Assembly (NCBI GenBank): GCA_963711565.1
Contig: CAVQEQ010000004.1
Span: 704,001-768,000, forward strand
Length of the DNA stretch: 64,000 nt
DNA from: an uncultured delta proteobacterium
GTDB lineage: Bacteria; Desulfobacterota; Binatia; Binatales; Binataceae
Reading direction: 5' to 3'
Of the stretch, positions 9,917 through 19,468 are shown piece after piece. The position numbers were made by a program, and so were the translations under genes. The notes under the pieces are model-generated. The model made no database searches, was not told where the DNA came from, and saw only the letters and a program-made list of their open reading frames with translations. Position 1 is the first letter of the stretch, and each line of letters begins with the position of its first letter.

Positions 9917-10985
9917 TAAGTCCGGCGATGGCGGGCGGCGAACCCCGGTCGAGCTGTGGGTTGGCGGGACAGCGGTTGTCTTACTGGGACTTTTGTGTCT
10001 GCTGGTCCTGCGTCCATTTATATCCGCGGCGCTATGGGCGGTAGTGCTATGTTTCACGACCTGGCCGCTGTTCCTCAGGCTCGAGATGCTACTCGGCGGA
10101 CGAAGGACGCTGTCGGCGCTAATCGCCACGGTATTGCTGACTGCAATCATAGTCGGACCGGTAGTAATACTCGGAGCTACACTCGCCGATAATGTGTCGG
10201 CGCTGATTGCGGCCAGTCAGAAGCTTATCGAGGAAGGTCCTCCTAGTCCGCCCGACTGGGTTGCCGGCATCCCACTGATTGGCAGTCATGTCGCCGCCTA
10301 CTGGAACTATCTAAACGAGGGCAGTTCCGTGAGGCTGCATGAGCTGGGCAGGCTGCTACCTGCGGCCAGGACGGTGGCTGTGTGGGGCGGCGGCGCGCTT
10401 GCCGAGGGAATCTTTCAGATAGGTCTGAGCATACTGATCGCGTTCTTTTTCTATCGCGACGGTCACGCCGCTGCGAATCAACTCCAGGAGGCGCTTCATC
10501 GGATAGCAGGGGAGAGAGGAGATCGTCTGCTCGAACTCGCGGGCGCGACGATTCGCGCGGTGGTTTACGGCGTTCTCGGGACGGCGCTCCTGCAGGGCGT
10601 GGTCGCGGCGATTGGCTTCGCTATTGCCGGAGTTCCTGGAGCTGTGTCCTTGGGATTCATTACGTTTGTGCTGTCCTTTCTGCCTGGCGGGCCGGCAATC
10701 GTCGCGGCGCCGGCCGCGTTCTGGTTGTATCGGCAAGGCTCGATTGGGTGGGCGGTCTTCATGATGGCATGGGGATTGATGGTCGCGATGCTGGATAACG
10801 TCGTGAAGCCGCTGCTTATCAGCCGCGGCGGATCGACACCTATGATACTTGTGATGCTGGGAGTGCTAGGTGGGGCTCTCGCCTTCGGCGTGATCGGGAT
10901 GTTCCTTGGACCGACGCTCGTGGCCTTGGGTTATAGCCTATTCGAGCAATGGGCCGTGTCCGCGGGTGGCGCGAGACAAACTTGA
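9909..10985 (+). CDS. AI-2E family (YdiK-like) membrane transporter
   Basis: Multi-TM; DNVVKPLLI, GVLGGALAFGVIGMFLGP motifs. Confidence 0.9.
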   Translation: MADKSGDGGRRTPVELWVGGTAVVLLGLLCLLVLRPFISAALWAVVLCFTTWPLFLRLEMLLGGRRTLSALIATVLLTAIIVGPVVILGATLADNVSALIAASQKLIEEGPPSPPDWVAGIPLIGSHVAAYWNYLNEGSSVRLHELGRLLPAARTVAVWGGGALAEGIFQIGLSILIAFFFYRDGHAAANQLQEALHRIAGERGDRLLELAGATIRAVVYGVLGTALLQGVVAAIGFAIAGVPGAVSLGFITFVLSFLPGGPAIVAAPAAFWLYRQGSIGWAVFMMAWGLMVAMLDNVVKPLLISRGGSTPMILVMLGVLGGALAFGVIGMFLGPTLVALGYSLFEQWAVSAGGARQT

Positions 10986-11005
10986 AAAAGGGCAGCGCTA
11001 TTCGA

Positions 11006-14000
11006 TTACGGCCCGGTTCCAGTCAGGCTGATGGTATGCGGGCTGATCGGATCGCTCGCGACGTTCACCATCATGCTTGCGCTCTCTGCCGAGCCGCCGC
11101 CCGTAGGTGTGAACTTTACCGCGATAGTACATGACGAATGCGCCGCCGCCATCGCGCCGCACGTGCCGCCCGCCAGTGTGAAGTCGTCCGAATTCGCGCC
11201 ACTGAAGCTCTCCGTCAACGGTAGTGAGAATCCCGACAGGTTGGTCACGGTAGCGTTCAATGTCTTTGAGGTTGTCTTCAGTGTCCCATACGCGAGTTTC
11301 GCCGGCGTGACGGTAGCCGGAATCGTCGCTCCGGTGCTGAGCGCGACTGCGTAAGGGCTGAGCGGATCGGGAGTGTCAGAGATCGACAGTGTCGCCGATT
11401 CTGTTCCTAGGGCGCCCGGCTTGAAGGTCACAACTATTGTGCACGCCTTGGCGGCGGCAAGGGTCGCAGCGCAGGTGCCGCCCGTGACCGAGAAGTCGGC
11501 GGCATTGGGTCCGCCTGAGGTTTCGCTCAGAGTCACCTGCTGGGTTCGATGGTTGGTCACGCTGAAGGAGCCGATCGGCTTAGCGTTGAACTTGACGCTT
11601 CCGAAGACCAGGCCGGTCTTCGATATGGTCAAACCTGCAATGCCGGTGCCGCTGAGCGTTGAGTGCTGCGGGCTGGTGGTGGCGTTGTCGAAGATCGTCA
11701 GAGTTGCGCTGTGCGCACCAAGCGCCGCGGGCGTGAACGCCACTCCCAGCGTGCAAGTGGTCTTGGGCGCGAGCGTGACTGGGAGCGCACCGCACGTTCC
11801 CGTGCCGCTTAGAGCGTATTCGGTCGAGTCTGATGATGTCGCGCTCGAGATGACCAGCGGATGGGTCGCGCCGGTATTATGCACCGTCAGATTCTTCGTT
11901 GAAGTCTGACCCACGGCGACATTGCCGAACGCGAGCGACGCCGTCACCGTCATCGCGGTGGTCGGAGTTGATGTCGGCGTGGCAGTTGCCGTAAGTGTCG
12001 GGGTCTGAGTTGCGGTAGCGGTGGCTGTACTCGTCCTGGTGGCAGTGGGTGTCGCGGTTCTGGTCGCAGTTGCTGTGGAAGTGCGGGTGGCGGTCGCCGT
12101 CAAAGTCGCGGTAGCTGTCGCGGTTGGAGTAGCTGTCCTGGTCGCGGTCGGAGTTGGCGAAGCCGATCCGCCGCCAAATGCTATCACGTTGGCCGAGTAT
12201 GCCGGGAAGCTGTATGAAAAATTTGACGATAGGGCGCCGATAGCACTCGTCGCGATGTCGGCTGAACCGACTCCTGTCTCCGCCGCGTTGTCTTGCGGGA
12301 TGCCGTAGGAATACAAAGTGCCGGCGCTGCCCAGCGACGCACCGCTGATAGAGATGTTGGCATTGAGTGCGTTGGTTGCGCTGTTATTCACGACCAGGAG
12401 CGTCAACCCGCCACCAGTCCGTTGGGCCGCGCACACGCTAAGGAACGGATAGTCACTGATAGCGCTGACGAGCTGGTCGCCGCCGCGGGCGAAGTGTTGC
12501 AACAATCTTTCGACGTAAAATGTCGGATAGGTATCAGCCGGGCCGGGAGGGTTGGCGCTGTCCACGACGCCGTAGTCGCCATACTGACGCCATCCGTAGA
12601 GAGTCGAGGAATTGTTATCGGTGGTTTCCTGGCCGTTGCGGAGGTCCCACCAGGTAACTGAATTGAACTCGGTATTCATTGCCGCGCAAATGCTGTCGGC
12701 GAGGAACAACCCATTTACCAGGCTGGTGGTCTGTTTGCCGGGGTCGGACGAGACCGAGTTGTTTTCGGTGTTATCCAGTTCGACACCGGCCGCCGCGGTC
12801 GTGCCGAGGTAGTCGTTCAACTGACTGCGAAGATCGGCGGCGTCGGTGCTCCAGGTCCCGTTGGAGAGCAGCAGCCCCTGATCGCTCTCGCCACCCGGCG
12901 ACTCCGGATAGCGATGGTAGATCAGGAAATCAGGAATCACGCCCAGGCTGTTCAGTGTGGCGAGCATCACTGGCGTCCAGCCGTTGTGAGTTACTCCGGT
13001 TACGGGATTGACCACAGGGTGGTTGCTATTGTTGGCATAGCTGTCCTCGCCGGGAACCGCAACAGCGCCGATCTTGATAGTAGGATCGACAGCCTTCATC
13101 TGCGTGTAGTACTGCTGGAAGCGCTGCGCATAGGTATAGGGATCGTGGGGCACAATGTTAGTGTCGGTCTCCCATGAGCCATATTCCTCGTTGCCGATTT
13201 CCCAGTACTTAAAGCCATAGTGATTCGTGACATTCGATTCCTGCACCCACGCGGCCGCCTCGGCCGGCGTGCCCGATCCATAGTCGGCAGTTACGAAGAC
13301 CTGTGCGCCAATCGCGGTGGCAACCTGCGCGAACTGGTCGAATGACGTAGCCCATGTCCAGGTGTTGCTGTCTGTAGTGTTGGTCGCCCAATGATAGTCG
13401 TCGGAGAGCGAACCGCCGGGGAAGCGCAGGGAACCCGCGCCCATCGCAGTTAGCAGATTAGTCGTCACGCTAGTATCGAGGAGCGAGTCCCACACGGCGG
13501 TGTTGACGCCGAAATGGCGCGCATCGACGACGCGCGCCGCGTCCGCCGCGTTCACGGTAACGTTGATCACGCTGGGCGGGGGTTGCGCGGTGATCGAGAT
13601 GGTATCCACGTAGAACGTCGGCTGCGTCGTGCCGCTGCGGTCCTGGATCCAGAATCCGTCCATGTCGGGCTGGTTCTGCACGCCCAGCGAGGACAGTGGA
13701 ATGCTGACCTGCTGCCAGGTGTTCGCCGCGAGGGCGGGCAGAGTCACGACAGTCTGAGCCGTGCCGTTGAGCGTTGCCTGTACTTGCAGCAACTGGCCGC
13801 CGGTCGTGCCGCCATTGATCCAGAAAACCAGATCTGCATAGACACTCGAATCGAAGGGCGTCTGATGCAGATAGAGCGCCTGATAAGGGCCCGCGCTGAC
13901 GCTGATCGAGTCGGTGCCGGACTGGACCGGCGTCGTGTTGCCGAGATTCACGGTCGCCCAGCTCCAGTTCTGCCAGCCGTTGACGAGAGCGTCGGTGTAT

Positions 14001-14113
14001 ACGGACTGGTTCGTTTGCGCCCGCGCCGGGGTGGACAGCGCGAGGCAGCAAAGCAGCGCCGTCAAAACCGGGAGCAGCGATCGCGCGCGCCGAAACATGA
14101 CAAACTGAGCCAT
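11006..14113 (-). CDS. Secreted clan-A glycoside hydrolase (GH51/GH79-like) with N-terminal CBM-like domain, Thr-rich linker and three Ig-like (ASH/choice-of-anchor D) domains
   Basis: Signal peptide; LRFPGGSLSD and WEIGNE motifs; TPTAT repeats; three FG..V...C.......C...V.F.P Ig-like units. Confidence 0.8.
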   Translation of the reverse strand: MAQFVMFRRARSLLPVLTALLCCLALSTPARAQTNQSVYTDALVNGWQNWSWATVNLGNTTPVQSGTDSISVSAGPYQALYLHQTPFDSSVYADLVFWINGGTTGGQLLQVQATLNGTAQTVVTLPALAANTWQQVSIPLSSLGVQNQPDMDGFWIQDRSGTTQPTFYVDTISITAQPPPSVINVTVNAADAARVVDARHFGVNTAVWDSLLDTSVTTNLLTAMGAGSLRFPGGSLSDDYHWATNTTDSNTWTWATSFDQFAQVATAIGAQVFVTADYGSGTPAEAAAWVQESNVTNHYGFKYWEIGNEEYGSWETDTNIVPHDPYTYAQRFQQYYTQMKAVDPTIKIGAVAVPGEDSYANNSNHPVVNPVTGVTHNGWTPVMLATLNSLGVIPDFLIYHRYPESPGGESDQGLLLSNGTWSTDAADLRSQLNDYLGTTAAAGVELDNTENNSVSSDPGKQTTSLVNGLFLADSICAAMNTEFNSVTWWDLRNGQETTDNNSSTLYGWRQYGDYGVVDSANPPGPADTYPTFYVERLLQHFARGGDQLVSAISDYPFLSVCAAQRTGGGLTLLVVNNSATNALNANISISGASLGSAGTLYSYGIPQDNAAETGVGSADIATSAIGALSSNFSYSFPAYSANVIAFGGGSASPTPTATRTATPTATATATLTATATRTSTATATRTATPTATRTSTATATATQTPTLTATATPTSTPTTAMTVTASLAFGNVAVGQTSTKNLTVHNTGATHPLVISSATSSDSTEYALSGTGTCGALPVTLAPKTTCTLGVAFTPAALGAHSATLTIFDNATTSPQHSTLSGTGIAGLTISKTGLVFGSVKFNAKPIGSFSVTNHRTQQVTLSETSGGPNAADFSVTGGTCAATLAAAKACTIVVTFKPGALGTESATLSISDTPDPLSPYAVALSTGATIPATVTPAKLAYGTLKTTSKTLNATVTNLSGFSLPLTESFSGANSDDFTLAGGTCGAMAAAHSSCTIAVKFTPTGGGSAESASMMVNVASDPISPHTISLTGTGP
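11945..12160 (-). repeat. Low-complexity Thr/Pro/Ala coding linker (TATATRT/TPTAT)
   Basis: Imperfect repeats inside the glycoside hydrolase ORF. Confidence 0.85.
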
Positions 14114-14300
14114 ATTATTACAATATGTATAATTGAAGGCCTGCTGCGAGCAAAGGGTCTCCTTCGTGTCTGCGGGGCACCCCGCCGAGCAGGTAGAAAA
14201 CCTGTTGCGGATCGCAAAAGCAGCGACGCGACGCTCTCACCTCTTCCTGACAGAGCATTACGTATAGCTGTTACTTTCGTCCGCTGTTCGCACGCGGGGC

Positions 14301-14318
14301 ATTGTACTTTGGTACAAT
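14301..14318. promoter_or_regulatory. Palindromic operator ATTGTAC-N4-GTACAAT (copy 2)
   Basis: Identical to 4541-4558, upstream of the DUF2092-pqi operon. Confidence 0.7.
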
Positions 14319-14426
14319 AGCTGCAAATTTTTCCCCAATGCAGAATCATTTGCATGCGGCACGATCCCGTGATCGCCGCTGGATGGACAGGAATGATCAA
14401 CGTTGACAGTCAATGGGAGGGCAAAC

Positions 14427-15233
14427 ATGAGCCTCAAATTTGTGGCCGCCGCTTGCGGAGCCGCGATGGGAATAGCGTTAGCCTTGAATGCAGCACTGGC
14501 CGCAGATCCGGCTTCATCGCCGACCCAGGTGGCGCCACCCGCGCAAGCCGCGGTCCCCAGCATTGACCCGCAGGCCGACGAACTTCTCAGCAAAACGTGT
14601 ACGGCGCTGGGTGCGGCCGACGCTTTGAGCTTTCACGCGGAGATCCTGTTCGACAAGGTGCTCCCCCACTCGGTGAAGGTTCAGTACGCCGCGGAAATGA
14701 ACTTCGCGCTCCAGCGTCCGGACGAACTGATGGTCGATTACCATAGCGACCTCGGCGGCAAACAACTTTGGTACCAGGGCGACACCTTGACGATCTTCGA
14801 CGAGCCGCACGAGATGTACGCGAGCATGAAGGTACCGTCCTCGATTGACGCGATGCTCGATCAGGTGGAGGCGACGGAGAACCTTACGCTTCCGCTGTCG
14901 AACCTGGCGTATAGCGATCCATGCCAAAGGATTCGCAAACAGATCGTCTTCGGAACGTACATAGGAGTGAATGACGTCAACGGCGTCGCCTGCGATCACG
15001 TCGCGTTTTCGTCGCGCAACATAGACCTTCAGCTTTGGCTCGATCGATCGGGAAAGCCAGTGCCGCGCAAAATCGTTATCAACTACCGGACCGAGCCGGG
15101 CGCGCCGGAATACATCGCGGTGCTTTCCGACTGGAAATTTCCGAAAAAAATCTCCGAGAGCCAATTCAACCCTCAACTTCCCAAAGATGCAAAACGCATC
15201 GAGTTTCTGAAGGTCAAGGGGTCACAGCCGTGA
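14427..15233 (+). CDS. DUF2092-family periplasmic protein
   Basis: GGGAGG RBS before ATG 14427; signal peptide; QRPD.L, CDHVAF, DLQLW, PRKIVI motifs. Confidence 0.8.
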   Translation: MSLKFVAAACGAAMGIALALNAALAADPASSPTQVAPPAQAAVPSIDPQADELLSKTCTALGAADALSFHAEILFDKVLPHSVKVQYAAEMNFALQRPDELMVDYHSDLGGKQLWYQGDTLTIFDEPHEMYASMKVPSSIDAMLDQVEATENLTLPLSNLAYSDPCQRIRKQIVFGTYIGVNDVNGVACDHVAFSSRNIDLQLWLDRSGKPVPRKIVINYRTEPGAPEYIAVLSDWKFPKKISESQFNPQLPKDAKRIEFLKVKGSQP

Positions 15234-15319
15234 AGAACACGATAGCTTTGTGCACGGCCGGCACGAAATGGCAGTCAGCATGATGGCAGCAAATTCCCAG
15301 GCGAAAACTCCGACCACTA

Positions 15320-15470
15320 CAGTACTTCTGTGGGTTTCTTGGCGGTGAGATCGACCAATGGACGCCGTATCTTTTTCGCAATACGACACAGGTGTTTCCC
15401 TGGATCGGCAAACCCGGCACTGCCTACGCCGACAATGAAATACATGCGCGACCTGAACGCTGCCGCACAG
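15320..15470 (+). pseudogene. Internal fragment of a second arylsulfatase
   Basis: Reads QYFCGFLGGEIDQWTPYLFRNTTQVFPWIGKPG then, in another frame, KYMRDLNAAA; resembles the YFYGF.GGE..QW.P.L..N segment of AtsA-type sulfatases; no start or catalytic motif. Confidence 0.6.
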
Positions 15471-15907
15471 CACCGCGGTGTCCCCGGCTCTCGTCATTGG
15501 ACGCTCTGCTGACCGCGACCGCGCTGATCGAAGCAGGAGCCGGCGTGGCGCTGCTGATTCTGCCTTCGAGAGCGGTGGAACTCCTGCTCGGCGCGCCGCT
15601 TGAGGCGCCTGACGCTTTCACAGTGGCGCGAGTCGGCGGTACGGCGCTGCTTACTCTCGGAGCGGCTGCCTGGCTTGCTCGCGGCGACACGCAAAGCCGC
15701 GCGGCGCGGGGATTGGTATCGGCGATGGTGATCTATAATCTCGGCGTAGCACTTATTCTGGGCGCTGCCGGTATCCGCTCGGAGCGGGTCGGCATTGTCC
15801 TGTGGCCGGCCGTCGTGCTGCATACTGCTATGACCATCTGGTGCATTATGAGCCTTCGGCATCCGAGCATCGCCGAGGATTCCGGGAACCTCCGTCAGCA
15901 GCTATAG
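15392..15907 (+). CDS. Small 4-TM hypothetical membrane protein (real coding part probably starts near 15500)
   Basis: Hydrophobic from LLTATALIEAGAGVALL onward; the N-terminus overlaps the sulfatase relic. Confidence 0.6.
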   Translation: MFPWIGKPGTAYADNEIHARPERCRTAPRCPRLSSLDALLTATALIEAGAGVALLILPSRAVELLLGAPLEAPDAFTVARVGGTALLTLGAAAWLARGDTQSRAARGLVSAMVIYNLGVALILGAAGIRSERVGIVLWPAVVLHTAMTIWCIMSLRHPSIAEDSGNLRQQL

Positions 15908-15913
15908 AGAACG

Positions 15914-16585
15914 ATGAGTTATAACCAACCGATCGGCGACACTTCGCTCATCGCCTGCCTGCACTGCGATCTGCTGCAACGCATTCCGGAGCTTGAGCCC
16001 GGCGCGTCGGCCCGTTGCCCGCGATGCGACAAGGAGCTGTGGCGCAATCGCGTGGACTCACTCAACCGGACGCTCGCACTGACGCTGGGAGCGGTATTGC
16101 TCTATGCGATCGCGAACTCCGTTCCGATGCTTGGCCTTACGATCGTGGGGCGCGACGCTTCGACCACGGTGATCGGCGGCGCTCAGCACTTGTGGGACAA
16201 CGACCAGAAGGTCGTCGGGGTGCTGGTGCTGTTCACCGCGGTCATCGCGCCCGCCCTGCAGATTGGCTTGATGCTGGCGATCGTGCTCGGGAGTATGCGC
16301 GCGCGGCCGCCGCGATGGGTAGGAACTCTGCTGCGCTATCACCCGACCACGAAAATCTGGAGCATGATCGAGGTCATGATGGTGGGCGTGCTGGTCGCCC
16401 TGGTCAAGATTGCGGACTACGCGACGGTGATTCCGGGAATGGCGCTGTTCGTGCTGTGGGTGCTGGTGTTCGTTCTGGCCGGGATGTCGGCCAGCTTCGA
16501 CTCTCGCGATGTGTGGGAACGGATCCAGTGGGCCGACGAAGAGCAGCACGACGCCGCCGGTGAGTTGGCGGAGGGAACGTCGTGA
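15914..16585 (+). CDS. pqiA: Paraquat-inducible protein A, first half-gene
   Basis: CLHCD...CPRC Zn-ribbon; WSMIEV...GVLVALVKI. Confidence 0.9.
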   Translation: MSYNQPIGDTSLIACLHCDLLQRIPELEPGASARCPRCDKELWRNRVDSLNRTLALTLGAVLLYAIANSVPMLGLTIVGRDASTTVIGGAQHLWDNDQKVVGVLVLFTAVIAPALQIGLMLAIVLGSMRARPPRWVGTLLRYHPTTKIWSMIEVMMVGVLVALVKIADYATVIPGMALFVLWVLVFVLAGMSASFDSRDVWERIQWADEEQHDAAGELAEGTS

Positions 16586-17238
16586 GCGCGGCCGGCATTA
16601 CCGCGATGCAGCAAGGCCTGCAGAGCTGCGAAGGCTGCGGCCTGCTCTCGCGCCCCGCGCCGGGCGAGGAAGAAGGACGCTGCCCGCGCTGCGACGAGCA
16701 CCTTGAATTTCGCAAGAAGGCCAGTTATCAGCGCACGTGGGCGTACCTTATCGCCGCTGCGATCTGTTACATCCCGGCCAACGTACTTCCCGTCTTGACG
16801 ACCACCACGGCCGCAGGAGCGGAGTCCGACACTATTCTGCAAGGCGTTGTTTTGTTGTGGTCGCCGACCGGATGGCCGCTCTCGATCATCGTGCTGGTCG
16901 CCAGCATCATGATCCCCAGCGCGAAGATCCTGGCGCTGGGCTACCTGCTGATCACGGCACAGCGCGGCTCCGTCGCGAACAACGATCAACGGATCCGGAT
17001 GTACAGGATGGTCGAGTTCATCGGGCGCTGGTCGATGGTCGATGTATTCGTCGATACCTTCACCGCGGCGCTGATCCAGCTCCAGCCGCTCATGTCGGTC
17101 GAGCCGGGGCCCGGCCTGATCTTCTTCGCGGCGGTGGTGGTATTTACGATGCTCGCGGTCGAGGCCTTCGATCCGCGGCTCATCTGGGACTCAGCAAGTC
17201 AGCAAGAGGCAGATTCGAAAGAGGTTGCTTATGCCTGA
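16582..17238 (+). CDS. pqiA: Paraquat-inducible protein A, second half-gene
   Basis: CEGC...CPRC; YIPANVLPV; IGRWSMVDVFV; FDPRLIWD. Confidence 0.92.
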   Translation: MSAAGITAMQQGLQSCEGCGLLSRPAPGEEEGRCPRCDEHLEFRKKASYQRTWAYLIAAAICYIPANVLPVLTTTTAAGAESDTILQGVVLLWSPTGWPLSIIVLVASIMIPSAKILALGYLLITAQRGSVANNDQRIRMYRMVEFIGRWSMVDVFVDTFTAALIQLQPLMSVEPGPGLIFFAAVVVFTMLAVEAFDPRLIWDSASQQEADSKEVAYA

Positions 17239-18820
17239 TCGCGATCCACCACGCTCCTCAGTTCCCGAGTCGAGGAACGTGCCCCGCAAGCGCACGCGAC
17301 TCTCACTCGTTTGGTTCATCCCGATTCTGGCGGCGATTGTCGGCGCATGGGTGGCAGTGACGCGGGTACTGAGTGAGGGCCCCAAGATTACAATCGTCAT
17401 GAGAACGGCGGAGGGACTGGAAGCCGGTAAGACCAAGATTCACTACAACGGCGTTGATATCGGCACGGTTTCGACTATCGAGTTGTCAGCGGATCATCAG
17501 AGAGTGATCCTGACCGCGCAGATGGCGCCAAAGACGGAAGCCTTTCTGGTCGATGATACAAAGTTCTGGGTCGTGAAGCCGCGGATTTCGGGCGCCAATG
17601 TGAGTGGGTTAGGTACGCTTATCTCCGGCTCCTACATAGGCATGGAGATAGGAACATCGAAGGAAGACCGGCGGGATTTTGTGGCACTCGAGACGCCGCC
17701 GGTCATAAGCGGTGACATCCCCGGACGCTTCTTCATCCTTAAAACGTCGGATCTCGGCTCGATCGACACGGGCACCCCCATATATTTCAGGCGGCTGCAG
17801 GTCGGGCAGGTGGCGTCCTACGCGCTCGACAATGACGGCAAGAACCTGACCGTCAAGGTGTTCGTGCGGGCGCCATACGATCAGTACGTCAATCCGAATA
17901 CGCGCTTCTGGCATGCGAGCGGGATTGACGTGTCGCTTTCGGCCAGCGGACTTACCGTGCAAACTCAGTCGGTGTTGTCGATCCTTATAGGTGGCATCGC
18001 GTTCGAGACCGCGGCGACTGCCTTGGTCTTACCACCGTCCGACGAGAATGCAGTCTTCACGCTGTACGGCAACCGGACCGAGGCCTTCAACCCACCCCCG
18101 CAGCATCCGCAGACCTACCAGCTAATATTCAAAGACTCGGTTCGTGGGCTCTCAACGGGGGCGCCCGTCGAGTTTCGTGGCATTCAGATCGGCGAGGTTA
18201 CTGATATCAGCGCGCAGATCGATCTCAAGACATTCGAATTCTCGGCGCCGGTGACTATTAGCCTGGACCCACGAAGACTCGGCGTCAAAATCCTTGATCT
18301 GGGTCCCGGCGTGAATCTGGAAACCATGCGCCGAAGCCTAATCGACGCTCTAGTCGCGCATGGAGTCCGGGCGCAGTTGAAGACCGGAAACCTGTTGACG
18401 GGATCGGTGTATGTGTCTCTCGACTTCTCCCCCGGCGCGCCTAGGGCAACGGTGGACTGGTCGCAAACACCCGTACAGTTGCCGACGATCTCGGGGCAGC
18501 TGGAGGCGACCGAGGCGACCGTCGAGGACATCATCAAGAAACTCGACAAGGTGAAATTCCAGGAGATCGGCGACGACCTGCGCAAGGCGATCAATCAGCT
18601 GGATAAGACTCTGGTTGATGCGCAAGGCACACTCGCCAGCGCGCAAGGCACGCTGGACAACACCAAAGATCTCACGGGACCCAATTCCATGCAGGTGCAG
18701 CAAATCAGCAGCACGTTGCAGGAGGTGAGCCGCGCGGCGCGGTCGTTGCGCGTGCTGGCAGACTATCTCGAGCGCCATCCTGAGGCGCTCATTCGTGGCA
18801 AGAAGGGAGAGGCGAAGTGA
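17231..18820 (+). CDS. pqiB: PqiB multi-MCE-domain protein
   Basis: AEGLEAGKT, three MCE repeats, YLERHPEALIRGK C-terminus. Confidence 0.95.
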   Translation: MPDRDPPRSSVPESRNVPRKRTRLSLVWFIPILAAIVGAWVAVTRVLSEGPKITIVMRTAEGLEAGKTKIHYNGVDIGTVSTIELSADHQRVILTAQMAPKTEAFLVDDTKFWVVKPRISGANVSGLGTLISGSYIGMEIGTSKEDRRDFVALETPPVISGDIPGRFFILKTSDLGSIDTGTPIYFRRLQVGQVASYALDNDGKNLTVKVFVRAPYDQYVNPNTRFWHASGIDVSLSASGLTVQTQSVLSILIGGIAFETAATALVLPPSDENAVFTLYGNRTEAFNPPPQHPQTYQLIFKDSVRGLSTGAPVEFRGIQIGEVTDISAQIDLKTFEFSAPVTISLDPRRLGVKILDLGPGVNLETMRRSLIDALVAHGVRAQLKTGNLLTGSVYVSLDFSPGAPRATVDWSQTPVQLPTISGQLEATEATVEDIIKKLDKVKFQEIGDDLRKAINQLDKTLVDAQGTLASAQGTLDNTKDLTGPNSMQVQQISSTLQEVSRAARSLRVLADYLERHPEALIRGKKGEAK

Positions 18821-19410
18821 TGGCACGGCGTATCGCGCAACTAATCTCGATCGCGTTGATTGCAATGGTTGCCGCGGGTTGCAGCACGGCGCCGTCGCGA
18901 TTCTACTCACTGACCTCCACCTCGACGGCGGACGGCACGCCCGCGACGCCGGCCAAGGTGATGGTTGGCCCGGTAACGATTCCCGCCGCAGTGGACCAGC
19001 CTGAGTTCGTGGTGCAGGTCGCGCCGAATCGCGTCGAGGTTGACGAGTTCAATCGATGGGTCGCGCCGTTGACAGACGGCATAGCGCGCGCTGTTGCCGG
19101 CGACCTAACCGTACTGCTCGGCACGCCGGACGTGGCCAGTTCGCAGTTGGCTAACTTCACTCCCGACTACAGGGTCACGATCGACGTCCAACGCTTCGAG
19201 ACGACCAAAGGCCAGGGAGTTACTGTCGAGGCGGTCTGGACAGTGCGCAAGAGCTCCGACGGCGCGACCCGCGCGGGACGTACGGTCGCCAGCGAGACAG
19301 CGCAGGGTCAGGGCTTTGACGCGCTCGCCGCCGCGCACAGCCAGGCAATAGCGAAGATGAGCGGCGATATCGCAGCCGCCATCCGGGCGGAAGCCGAGCA
19401 GAAATCGTAG
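18817..19410 (+). CDS. pqiC: PqiC lipoprotein
   Basis: Lipobox AAGC; RFYSL, VGPVTIP..VDQP, RWVAPL; follows pqiB. Confidence 0.9.
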   Translation: MMARRIAQLISIALIAMVAAGCSTAPSRFYSLTSTSTADGTPATPAKVMVGPVTIPAAVDQPEFVVQVAPNRVEVDEFNRWVAPLTDGIARAVAGDLTVLLGTPDVASSQLANFTPDYRVTIDVQRFETTKGQGVTVEAVWTVRKSSDGATRAGRTVASETAQGQGFDALAAAHSQAIAKMSGDIAAAIRAEAEQKS

Positions 19411-19468
19411 TGCTACAGACGACGAGCGAGAAATTCCACCTAGTGCGCGACACCGAGGTTTTTCGACG

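Noticed and set aside
11945-12160. Repeat tract as a CRISPR array or VNTR
   Set aside because: Imperfect codon-level repeats encoding a Thr-rich linker; no constant repeat with unique spacers and no cas genes.
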